Assembly: GCA_032718475.1 (NCBI GenBank)
Contig: JAUCBJ010008499.1
Coordinates: 1 to 64,000, forward strand
From: Nemertoderma westbladi
Taxonomy: Eukaryota > Animalia > Xenacoelomorpha
Direction of reading: 5' to 3'
DNA: 64,000 nucleotides
This document shows positions 23,303-34,619 of this stretch, piece by piece. The position numbers were made by a program, and so were the translations under genes. Below the pieces are notes generated by a model that saw only the letters and a list, made by a program, of their open reading frames with translations, was not told the DNA's origin and did no database searches. Each line of letters opens with the position of its first letter. Within the stretch, counting starts at the first letter, position 1.

Positions 23303-25282
23303 GCGGTCCCGCTAGAACTTTACTCCCCAGAGGAAACTCCAGCTACCACTAAACATTTAGCTACCACTTAAGGATGCAAGGCATAGATGCGCCCTGGCTG
23401 GTCCCTTTAAAGCATTCGTGCCGAAACGAAAACTGCCCTGGCCCATGTGAGGATCGAACACACGACCTACGGGAGATTTGAATTCAATGCAACCACTACA
23501 CCAAGGTGGAACCTTGGAGGTAGGCACACACTGTTTGACAGTAATGTGGAAGCCCTGAACAGTTACAGCATAGGCCTGCTATAGCCGCAAAGGCTCTCTG
23601 CTACTCTCACACTGACTGTAAAACAATACCTACCTACCTTACACTGCTGCAGCACTGCTAAGCTACTGCTAGACAGTCAGATCTCAATCTGCTGAACTGT
23701 ATTCCTCCTTCATTACTAACAGCTGAACAGTCAAACATAGGTCACATAAATTCAATTTTCCCGCCCAGACAAAATTCAAAAAATTACATTAAGTTTGCGA
23801 GCGACATGGCCGTTATGGGCTTCCCCAAGTCGCGCGCGCAAACTTCCATGTCGCGCGCGCATAAAGGTCACATAAATTCAAATTTCCCGCCCAGACAAAA
23901 TTCAAAAAATTACATTCAGTTTGCGCGCGACATGGCCATTATGGGCTTCACCAAGTCGCGCGCGCAAACTTCCATGTCGCGCGCGCAAACTTCCATGTCG
24001 CACGGGCAAATGTTTCTACACGGAAATGGCATAAAGTTTGCATGCGCGACATGGAAGTTTGCTCTCTTGACATGTAAGTGTGCGCGCGACATGGCCGTTA
24101 TTGGCTTCCGTACATATCAGATAGGTTGTTGCTAGGATGATGAATTTAAGAGCACACACCATACTGTACATGGAAGAAACTTCTCATCATATTCCCTGCC
24201 AGTAAAAATCACCAACGCTTTGGCTATCACAACAATGTTTAAACCCAAATTACTGACTTTATTTGTATGGTATAGATACAGTAGTAGGCCTAGAGCTAAA
24301 ACATAAACATGAAATTCAAATTTCCCGCGAGTGCCATTCAGCAATTAAATATGTACTCTATGAACTCGTTTGTCATACGGGCTAACCGACAAGTGATGAT
24401 TAATTAAGGATTAATGAATGTCAACAAAGGTGTTCAATGTATAATATATACTATAATACATAAGGGCATTCAAGAAATAATTATATTTCATGTGATTATG
24501 TTTTACATTTTGTCTTTTGACTTTGACTCGGTAGTGTGAACGCGGCCTTAATGCCCAAATTTACGCTACTGAAAATATCACAAATGGAGTTTAATAGCTC
24601 AAAATTACCGCTAACACCAAATTACAACTATTTGTTTAGAGGGTTTGAAAATTAATTTAATTTAAAACATTAAGGTAAAGGAGCAGGTTACAGTGATTGT
24701 GTTTTCTAACCAAAACAATAAACGAAACTTTAATTAAATTCCGGCCATTTTTCACTGGATATCCCTTTTTTCACTTGCGGTAATTGTGTGTAACTACTGA
24801 TCCAAGGATTACAGAAAAATTTGAATTATCATTTGGTCAGCGACTCTTGAAATACGCATTAGCTATTTAGGGGGATGTAAAATGCTGCAGTGTCACGGGA
24901 TCTAAAAGTCCAAGTTGGTGTGATATAAAATCACACTGTAAATCAATACTATTTCCCCACGTTGTCTGGTTTTTGATACAAGTGGAGTCCAAAAGATGAT
25001 TTGACCCTATGAATGAGTTGGTCTACCAGGTTACATGTAGGCCTCCAGATTGCCGACTGTAATGCATGTTGTTTTCAATGGGTTATTTCATAATCCAGCT
25101 CCACGACTCTCCTCATTATTTGTAATTATTACTGTTCTCTATTATTGTATCAATACTGTAATAGTCTACTGCTTTAATTAACTTAATTATATCAGTTTAT
25201 AACAATAATTGTGTAAAACAATTTTGACTCAGCTATAGTGCAAATATTCTTGTACATGTACTTACAGTATTCTGGTATACTA

Positions 25283-26842
25283 ATGGATAAAATAAATAAT
25301 GATACGTTATATCGAGCTCCAAGTGTCAAACCTCCAACATTGTCGGATCTTCAAGAAGCAGCTGAAAGAACAGGACTAGTATTAGAGGAACATGAGTTTG
25401 AGGAATATCAGAAAGTCATGCATTCTGCTCTAAAATCTTACGATGTAATCTATGATCTACCAGAACCTGTGCCACCGACTAAGTACCCACGATTACCTGG
25501 TTATCAGCCACCTCCTGAGGATAACGTTGGGAGAGCTTGGTACTGGCGATGTGACATTAAGGGAGCTAAGGATGGTCTCTTAGCTGGTAAGTGTCTAGCG
25601 ATCAAAGATAATGTCCAGGTAGCTGGAGTTCCAATGATAAATGGTTCGAAATTAATTGAAGGTTTTATTCCACCATTTGATGCAACAATAGTAACAAGAA
25701 TCTTGGACCAGGGAGGGCATATCATTGGAAAGGCATCCTGTGAGGATTTGTGTCGATGCGGAAACAGTTTTACATCCAGTTCTGGGCCAGTGCCAAATCC
25801 ATTTTGCGCCACTAAAAGCGCTGGTGGCTCCAGTTCAGGCAGTGCTTATCTTGTAGCCAAGAAAGAAGTGGATATGGCAATAGGAGGTGACCAAGGGGGT
25901 TCTATTCGTCTTCCTTCCTGTTGGTCAGGGACTGTGGGTATGAAACCCACTTTTGGCCTGGTGCCATACACAGGAATCATGCCCATAGAATTAACAATTG
26001 ATCACACTGGTCCCATCGCATCATGTGTTACAGACTGTGCTATTCTTCTTGAAGCTATTGCTGGATATGATGGTGGCTTGGATCCAAGGCAACCATATAA
26101 CATGCCGGTACCGAAATATTCTCAGTTGTTGACTGGCGATTTGGCTGGGAAGAAAATCGGTATCTTAGAAGAAGGATTTATAGATTGCGATTCTGAGGTG
26201 GAACTCTTGGTAAAAGGAGCGGCTAGAAAGTTAAGCGAAAGGGGAGCAACAGTTGACATGGTATCAGTTCCAGAACATATGAAGGGTATGGCGATTTGGT
26301 ATTCTATTGCTTTAGAGGGAGCATATAATCAAATGATTAAAGGAGCAGGCGATGGTATGAATTGGTCTGGTCAATATTCCACAGCTCTGAGAGATAAAGT
26401 GGCTAGAGGTTTGAAGACAAATATTAATGATATTTCTATCACACTAAAGTATGCAACATTGCTTTGTGAGTATCTTGCTGTGAATTACAACGGTCGCTTT
26501 TATTCTAAAGCACAAAATTTAGTCCGTTGGTTGAGAGCTGCTTACGATAAAGCTCTGGAGAAATATGATGTCCTGATTATGCCAACAATTAAATTTCCCG
26601 CTGTTGATCTACCCAAGGAAAATCACAAAATTGTGGACATTTTGGATAAAGAATCTTGTATGTCGGAGAATACGATTCAATTCAACATAACCCACCACCC
26701 GGCTCTCAGTATCAATGTAGGAGTCTCACAGAATCTACCTGTGGGAATGCAAATCGTCGGCAGATGTTACGATGACGTCACTGTATTAAACGCAGCATAC
26801 TCATGGGAACTCGTATCTGATGGCCAATATAATCCGAAGTAG
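25283..26842 (+). CDS. Amidase-signature family amidase (CX3C subgroup), single coding exon
   Basis: Uninterrupted ORF; catalytic Lys in AIKDN, GGSSSGS and GGDQGGSIRLPS (Ser-cisSer-Lys triad), CEDLC, LPVGMQIVG; ATG 25283 chosen as likely start, with a possible splice acceptor ttacag at 25262-25267. Confidence 0.92.
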   Translation: MDKINNDTLYRAPSVKPPTLSDLQEAAERTGLVLEEHEFEEYQKVMHSALKSYDVIYDLPEPVPPTKYPRLPGYQPPPEDNVGRAWYWRCDIKGAKDGLLAGKCLAIKDNVQVAGVPMINGSKLIEGFIPPFDATIVTRILDQGGHIIGKASCEDLCRCGNSFTSSSGPVPNPFCATKSAGGSSSGSAYLVAKKEVDMAIGGDQGGSIRLPSCWSGTVGMKPTFGLVPYTGIMPIELTIDHTGPIASCVTDCAILLEAIAGYDGGLDPRQPYNMPVPKYSQLLTGDLAGKKIGILEEGFIDCDSEVELLVKGAARKLSERGATVDMVSVPEHMKGMAIWYSIALEGAYNQMIKGAGDGMNWSGQYSTALRDKVARGLKTNINDISITLKYATLLCEYLAVNYNGRFYSKAQNLVRWLRAAYDKALEKYDVLIMPTIKFPAVDLPKENHKIVDILDKESCMSENTIQFNITHHPALSINVGVSQNLPVGMQIVGRCYDDVTVLNAAYSWELVSDGQYNPK

Positions 26843-27290
26843 ATCTGTTACTTTATCACTTGGACTTCCTTTTGAGACGAGGTGCGTGTTTGTGTGTACT
26901 GTACAGATAATTGTAGTGATTTCATAGTTTGGAGGTGCATTGATATGATAACGACATTTGCAAATCGTAAAGTTTAGAAGAGCCCCCCTCTTAAAGGAGG
27001 GGGAGGGGGGTGGGGGTAATTTGCAACCGATAAAATCCTTTACGGCGGAACTCAATCACTACTATAATCAAGCCTTTGCGTAGCAGGACAAGTATTAGTG
27101 GGACGTCTGCCGAGGAACAATAGACGTATGTCTGAGTGTTGAATTTCTAAATAGGCAATGTTCATTGGTCACTCCTATAATTATAGCTTCTATCCAGGTT
27201 TCTTACAATTCGCCTCCTAGCGGCCCACAGATGAACTCTAGAATTATGTTTGTGTTTCTAAACTTTTGACAGACTGTTGTGTACACGTTT

Positions 27291-27700
27291 GTGGGGCCTT
27301 CGCGCAGCACGAGGCTCAGTTATGAGATACAAATTAAAATTGAGCAGTTCTAACAAAAAATCTGTATTTAAGAAATCAACCAAACCGCAAACAAATCATA
27401 AGAGGGGAAAGTTGCTCGCTTTCAACCCCCCCCCCACCCCCCCCCCCCCCCCCCCTTAATCTGCACCCCAACCCTCTAGCGGCAGTCTAGAGAACTGCAG
27501 ACATATGAGCCTCCATTGAATGACACAGTTAATGGTCTAGTACAAATATGCCAGCCTCCATTGAATGACACAGTTAATGGTCTAGTACAAATATGCCAGC
27601 CTCCATTGAATGACACAGTTAATGGTCTAGTACAAATATGCCAAGTTTCAACTAGAACGGGTTTAAAGCAAAGAGCCCTCTAGCGAGAGACTGAGGATTT
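27291..27700 (-). mobile_element. Fragment of the same Helentron-associated (HINE-like) family as 32441-33738, inverted
   Basis: 27291-27311 is the exact reverse complement of 33712-33732; ccctctagcggcagtctagagaactgcaga (~27473) is an imperfect reverse complement of the 315-bp core repeat. Confidence 0.6.
27508..27643 (+). repeat. 45-bp tandem repeat, 3 copies
   Basis: agcctccattgaatgacacagttaatggtctagtacaaatatgcc at 27508, 27553 and 27598. Confidence 0.95.
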
Positions 27701-30700
27701 GATGGTGGGGGGGGGGGGGGGGGGGGGGGGGGTACATTTGTTTCTTTATTTGTATATTATTTACTCTATAAGATATTCAAGCATAATAATACACTTTATT
27801 CTTAAATTGTTACTTTTTTCGCTCAATAATATTCCCCAAAATCGGGTGAAAGAACTGTACTTTTTTCCCTAGAAAAAAAGTAACCTAAAGGATTCCATTG
27901 ATCCAGTAACCTAAAGGATTCCACTGATCCAGTAACCTAAAGGACTCCATTGATCCAGTAACCTAAAGGATTCCACTGATCCAGTAACCTAAAGGATTCC
28001 ATTGATCCAGTAACCTAAAGGATTCCATTGATCCAGTAACCTAAAGGATTCCATTGATCCAGTAACCTAAAGGATTCCATTGATCCAGTAACCTAAAGGA
28101 CTCCATTGATCCAGTAACCTAAAGGATTCCACTGATCCAGTAACCTAAAGGATTCCATTGATCCAGTAACCTAAAGGATTCCATTGATCCAGTAACCTAA
28201 AGGATTCCATTGATCCAGTAACCTAAAGGATTCCATTGATCCAGTAACCTAAAGGATTCCACTGATCCAGTAACCTAAAGGATTCCATTGATCCAGTAAC
28301 CTAAAGGATTCCATTGATCCAGTAACCTAAAGGATTCCATTGATCCAGTAACCTAAAGGATTCCATTGATCCAGTAACCTAAAGGATTCCACTGATCCAG
28401 TAACCTAAAGGATTCCATTGATCCAGTAACCTAAAGGATTCCATTGATCCAGTAACCTAAAGGATTCCATTGATCCAGTAACCTAAAGGATTCCACTGAT
28501 CCAGTAACCTAAAGGATTCCATTGATCCAGTAACCTAAAGGATTCCATTGATCCAGTAACCTAAAGGATTCCATTGATCCAGTAACCTAAAGGATTCCAT
28601 TGATCCAGTAACCTAAAGGATTCCACTGATCCAGTAACCTAAAGGATTCCATTGATCCAGTAACCTAAAGGATTCCATTGATCCAGTAACCTAAAGGATT
28701 CCATTGATCCAGTAACCTAAAGGATTCCATTGATCCAGTAACCTAAAGGATTCCATTGATCCAGTAACCTAAAGGATTCCATTGATCCAGTAACCTAAAG
28801 GATTCCATTGATCCAGTAACCTAAAGGATTCCATTGCTCCAGTAACCTAAAGGATTCCACTGATCCAGTAACCTAAAGGATTCCATTGATCCAGTAACCT
28901 AAAGGATTCCATTGATCCAGTAACCTAAAGGATTCCATTGATCCAGTAACCTAAAGGATTCCATTGATCCAGTAACCTAAAGGATTCCACTGATCCAGTA
29001 ACCTGTTAAAGGATTCCACTGATCCAGTATCCTAAAGAATTCCATTGATCCAGTAACCTAAAGGATTCCATTGATCCAGTAACCTAAAGGATTCCACTGA
29101 TCCAGTAACCTAAAGGATTCCATTGATCCAGTAACCTGTTAAAGGATTCCACTGATCCAGTATCCTAAAGAATTCCATTGATCCAGTAACCTAAAGGATT
29201 CCACTGATCCAGTAACCTAAAGGATTCCATTGATCCAGTAACCTAAAGGATTCCATTGATCCAGTAACCTAAAGGATTCCATTAATCCAGTAACCTAAAG
29301 GATTCCATTGATCCAGTAACATAAAGGATTCCATTGATCCAGTAACCTAAAGGATTCCATTGATCCAGTAACATAAAGGATTCCACTGATCCAGTATCCT
29401 AAAGAATTCCATTGATCCAGTAACCTAAAGGATTCCATTGATCTAGTAACCTAAAGGATTCCATTGATCCAGTAACCTAAAGGATTCCATTGATCCAGTA
29501 ACCTAAAGGATTCCATTGATCCAGTAACCTAAAGGATTCCATTGATCCAGTAACCTAAAGGATTCCACTGATCCAGTAACCTGTTAAAGGATTCCACTGA
29601 TCCAGTATCCTAAAGAATTCCATTAATCCAGTAACCTAAAGGATTCCATTGATCCAGTAACCTAAAGGATTCCACTGATCCAGTAACCTAAAGGATTCCA
29701 TTGATCCAGTAACCTGTTAAAGGATTCCATTGATCCAGTAACCTAAAGGAATCCATTGATCTAGTAACCTAAAGGATTCCACTGATCCAGTAACCTAAAG
29801 GATTCCATTGATCCAGTAACCTAAAGGATTCCACTGATCCAGTAACCTAAAGGATTCCATTGATCCAGTAACCCAAAGGATTCCATTGATCCAGTAACCT
29901 AAAGGAATCCATTGATCCAGTAACATAAAGGATTCCATTGATCCTGTAACCTAAAGGATTCCATTGATCCAGTAACATAAAGGATTCCACTGATCCAGTA
30001 TCCGAAAGAATTCCATTGATCCAGTAACCTAAAGGATTCCATTGATCTAGTAACCTAAAGGATTCCATTGATCCAGTAACCTAAAGGATTCCATTGATCC
30101 AGTAACCTAAAGGATTCCATTGATCCAGTAACCTAAAGGATTCCACTGATCCAGTAACCTGTTAAAGGATTCCACTGATCCAGTATCCTAAAGAATTCCA
30201 TTGATCCAGTAACCTAAAGGATTCCATTGATCCAGTAACCTAAAGGATTCCATTGATCCAATAACCTAAAGGATTCCATTGCTCCAGTAACCGAAAGGAT
30301 TCCACTGATCCAGTAACCTAAAGGATTCCATTGATCCAGTAACCTAAAGGATTCCATTGATCCAGTCACCTAAAGGATTCCATTGATCCAGTAACCTAAA
30401 GGATTCCATTGATCCAGTAACCTAAAGGATTCCATTGATCCAGTAACCTAAAGGACTCCATTGATCCAGTAACCTAAAGGATTCCATTGATCCAGTATCC
30501 TAAAGGATTCCATTGATCCAGTAACCTAAAGGACTCCATTGATCCAGTATCCTAAAGGATTCCATTGATCCAGTAACCTAAAGGACTCCAATGATCCAGT
30601 AACCTAAAGGACTCCATTGATCCAGTAACCTAAAGGATTCCATTGATCCAGTAACCTAAATGATTCCATTGATCCAGTAACCTAAAGGATTCCATTGATC

Positions 30701-31953
30701 CAGTAACCTAAAGGACTGCATTGATCCAGTAACCTAAAGGATTCCACTGATCCAGTATCCTAAAGAATTCCATTGATCCAGTAACCTAAAGGATTCCATT
30801 GCTCCAGTAACCTAAAGGATTCCACTGATCCAGTAACCTAAAGGATTCCATTGATCCAGTAACCTAAATGATTACATTGATCCAGTAACCTAAAGGACTC
30901 CATTGATCCAGTAACCTAAAGGATTCCATTGATCCAGTAATCTAAATGATTCCATTGATCCAGTAACCTAAAGGATTCCATTGATCCAGTAACCTAAAGG
31001 ACTCCATTGATCCAGTAACCTAAAGGATTCCATTGATCCAGTAACCTAAAGGATTCCATTGATCCAGTAACCTGTTAAAGGATTCCACTGATCCAGTAAC
31101 CTAAAGGATTCCATTGATCCAGTAACCTAAAGGATTCCATTGATCCAGTAACCTAAAGGATTCCATTGATCCAGTAACCTGTTAAAGGATTCCACTGATC
31201 CAGTAACCTAAAGGATTCCATTGATCCAGTAACCTAAAGGATTCCATTGATCCAGTAACCTAAAGGATTCCATTGATCCATTAACCTGTTAAAGGATTCC
31301 ACTAATCCAGTAACCTAAAGGATTCCATTGATCCAGTAACCTAAAGGATTCCATTGATCCAGTAACCTAAAGGATTCCACTGATCCAGTAACCTAAATGA
31401 TTCCATTGATCCAGTAACCTAAAGGATTCCACTGATCCAGTATCCTAAAGAATTCCATTGATCCAGTAACCTAAAGGATTCCACTGATCCAGTAACCTAA
31501 AGGATTCCATTGATCCAGTAACCTGTTAAAGGATTCCACTGATCCAGTATCCTAAAGAATTCCATTGATCCAGTAACCTGTTAAAGGATTCCACTGATCC
31601 AGTAACCTAAAGGATTCCACTGATCCAGTAACCTAAAGGATTCCATTGATCCAGTAACCTGTTAAAGGATTCCACTGATCCAGTATCCTAAAGAATTCCA
31701 TTGATCCAGTAACCTAAAGGATTCCACTGATCCAGTAACCTAAAGGATTCCATTGATCCAGTAACCTAAAGGATTCCACTGATCCAGTAACCTAAAGGAT
31801 TCCATTGATCCAGTAACCTAAAGGATTCCATTGATCCAGTAACCTAAAGGACTCCACTGATCCAGTAACCTGTTAAAGGATTCCATTGATCCAGTAACCT
31901 AAAGGATTCCATTGATCTAGTAACCTAAAGGATTCCATTGATCCAGTAACCTA

Positions 31954-34619
31954 TAGTGTTGAGAACTGAATCAATTTTTACTAATTTCAGTTACAGTTAC
32001 AGTTTCAGTATTCAAAGTTTTGCATTTCAGTTACAGTTACAGTTTCAGTATTACAAAGTGTAACATTTCAGTTACAGTTACAGTTTCAGTATTATAAAAT
32101 TGAGCATTTCAGTTTCAGTTACAGTTTTGATCGTGATAAAATTCAGTTACAGTTTCAGTTATAGATTCAATATATTATCCCACGTAGTAAGCAGTCATTG
32201 AATTAATGTAGTCTCATCGGGGCTGGGTGCATTGCAGTCACTTGCCCAATGAGTCACTTGCCCAAAAAAATCAAACGAATCACTTGCCAAATAAAAAAAA
32301 TATATCTGAAACTAAAAATGAGGCACTTTAATATATTACTGTAATATACGCTAATAATAAAGTTAATTGCGAAACGTCCTCTTTCTAGAGCTAATAGGTA
32401 GTTATTGTAGGAAAGTTGAACCCACTCTATGGTAATATTTTGTGGGGCGAGCCACGAAGTTGGCGGAGCCTTAGCGAATTGACACTGTTAGGGGGTGGGT
32501 CAATTTATGCAAATAGTTGTCGTCGTCGTCGTCGTTGTCGTCGTCGTCGTCGTTGTCGTCGTCGTCGTTACGATTTTGACATGCTAATAACTTTGTCGGA
32601 TTTAAAGCTGCCAAGTTGAAAATTTGTAGGTATCAATATGAGCAAAAGTTGAGATTTTTGAGAGACTTTCAGACACCATCAGTGCAATGGTCTCCCGCTA
32701 GAGGGCCACATGTCTAAACATTAAATGCCCTCCCATTTCTTTGCTTTTAATCCGTTTAAGCTGAAACTTGGCAGATATGTATTAGACCATTAGCTGTGAC
32801 TTTCAAAGGAGGCGAATCCATCTGCAGTTCTCCAGTCTGCCGCTAGAGGGCCAAAGGTCTGAAAGTGAAATCGTTGTCGTCGTTACGATTTTGACATGCT
32901 AATAACTTTGTCGGATTTAAAGCTGCCAAGTTGAAAATTTGTAGGTATCAATATGAGCTAAAGTTGAGATTTTTGAGAGACTTTCAGACACCATCAGTGC
33001 AATGGTCTCCCGCTAGAGGGCCACATGTCTAAACATTAAATGCTCTCCCATTTCTTTGCTTTAAATCCGTTTAAGCTGAAACTTGGCAGATATGTATTAG
33101 ACCATTAGCTGTGACTTTCAAAGGAGGCGAATCCATCTGCAGTTCTCCAGTCTGCCGCTAGAGGGCCAAATGTCTGAAAGTGAAATCGTTGTCGTCGTTA
33201 TGATATTGACATGCTTATAACTTTGTCGAATTTAAAGCTGCCAAGTTGAAAATTTGTTTTGTTGAAAATCAGTTCAACAGTCACCCGCTAGAGGACTACT
33301 TTATGCCTGAAAGTGAATAGATTCTCCCGTCTCATTGATTTTAATCAGTTTAAGCTGAATCTTGCCATATATTCTGGACCACATGCTGCGTCTTTGTGGG
33401 GGGGGGGGGGGGGGGGGGGATTTAATCGGTCTGCCGCTATACGACGAAATTTCTGAAAGTGAGATCCGTCTCTCATTTCGTTATCCGTTATTCAAGATGA
33501 AACTTGGCCGATGTACGTATGTACTATTCATCCATAGGCTGTGTCTTTGTGGGGCTGGAGACCCTAATCCATCTTCAGTTCTCACTATACCGCTAGAGTC
33601 AGAAATGTCTGAATAGAAATGAAAGAGGTAAAAAGTGATTAGGCGAAATCTGCTTAAAATTTGCTAATACAGTAATACTTTCGAATTAGTACTTAAATTA
33701 AATTTAAGTCACGTGCTGCGCGAAGGCCCCACTTCGTGTAACTAATATACTGATAGTATGTAATGAAAGTGGCACGTCACAAGATCCCACTAAGGCACCC
33801 ACATTTTACTGTAAATGTTGTTTCAGTGCTTGTACAGTACTGTTATCATTTATTGTTTTGGTTATAAAAGCCATGCTTCTGAATCCTGCTCATTTTCCTT
33901 AATTCGTAATTTGTTTTAGTAATCATATATTTATTGTTTTGGTTAGACCCACCTCGATAGGCTGCTCCTTTCACTTTTAAGTTTAATTTTGTAATTTATA
34001 ATGGTAAACTTGATCAAAATTTAATTTCCAGAGTGCCTCTAGTGTGATTGTGATATTAATAGTACCGGTAACATTAATAATTCATAATGTAAAATATATA
34101 TCCGTTAAAATCCCTCTACCAATAGGCCTAACTTTTCTTTGTTTATATAAAACATTTACATTTAATATGAAGCAAAAGTGGTGATAAGGCTGATAATAGT
34201 CTAATAGTTGAGCCAGACAAACATAGACTATATGCTACTATAGATCTTCGGTCACTACTTTACTCGCCAAATAAATCACATTTGAGCTAAAATGGACAAT
34301 GGGTCTTTTTTATTGTGGAATAATATGGTTTTGTTCAGAAGTCAGGAAGTGGAAAATATATACTTTATACTATACTTTATTACAATACTGTTTTAAATGC
34401 TCATTCATGTTAATTGTGTGATTGAGAACTGAATCGGATTTTGTTAATTTCAGTTTCAGTTACAGTATTCAAAATTCGTAATTACAGTTTCAGTTACAGT
34501 TACAGTATTCAAAATTCGCAATTTCAGTTACAGTTATAGTTACAGTATCAAAAAATCATCAAAATCATTCAGTTACAGTTGCAGTTACAGTATAATTTCA
34601 GTTACAGTTCTCAACACTA
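31954..34619. mobile_element. Non-autonomous hAT-type transposon (2666 bp) inserted in the satellite
   Basis: Perfect 15-bp TIR tagtgttgagaactg / cagttctcaacacta; 8-bp TSD gtaaccta (31946-31953, 34620-34627); empty paralogous sites at 38871, 44012, 47003 and 49543. Confidence 0.93.
32441..33738 (+). mobile_element. HINE/DINE-1-like non-autonomous Helentron nested in the hAT element
   Basis: 5' tgtggggc...cacgaagt and 3' gccccacttcgtg inverted motifs; (gtc)n microsatellite at ~32518-32568; 315-bp core repeated ~2.3 times (32571, 32886, 33201). Confidence 0.65.

Larger units (their letters stand above)
16925..23513 (-). mobile_element. tRNA-derived SINE split by the Gypsy insertion (head 23308-23513, tail ~16925-16987)
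   Basis: Minus-strand A-box tggtgtagtgg and B-box gttcgatcc (23451-23459), then a gccttgcatcc...gctaaatg core-like segment; the sequence reads continuously across the Gypsy TSD (ctagcggg-accgc-actggaaataag). Confidence 0.65.
12002..24112. mobile_element. IS3EU-like TIR DNA transposon shell (12.1 kb) filled with nested elements
   Basis: Ends tacggaagcc... / ...ggcttccgta with ~200 bp of inverted homology (12002-12210 vs 23740-24112; the right arm has a 126-bp internal duplication); 6-bp TSD catatc at 11996-12001 and 24113-24118. Confidence 0.7.

Noticed and set aside
23440-23513. Functional tRNA gene
   Set aside because: A and B boxes are present, but there is no convincing cloverleaf and the sequence continues into a SINE body
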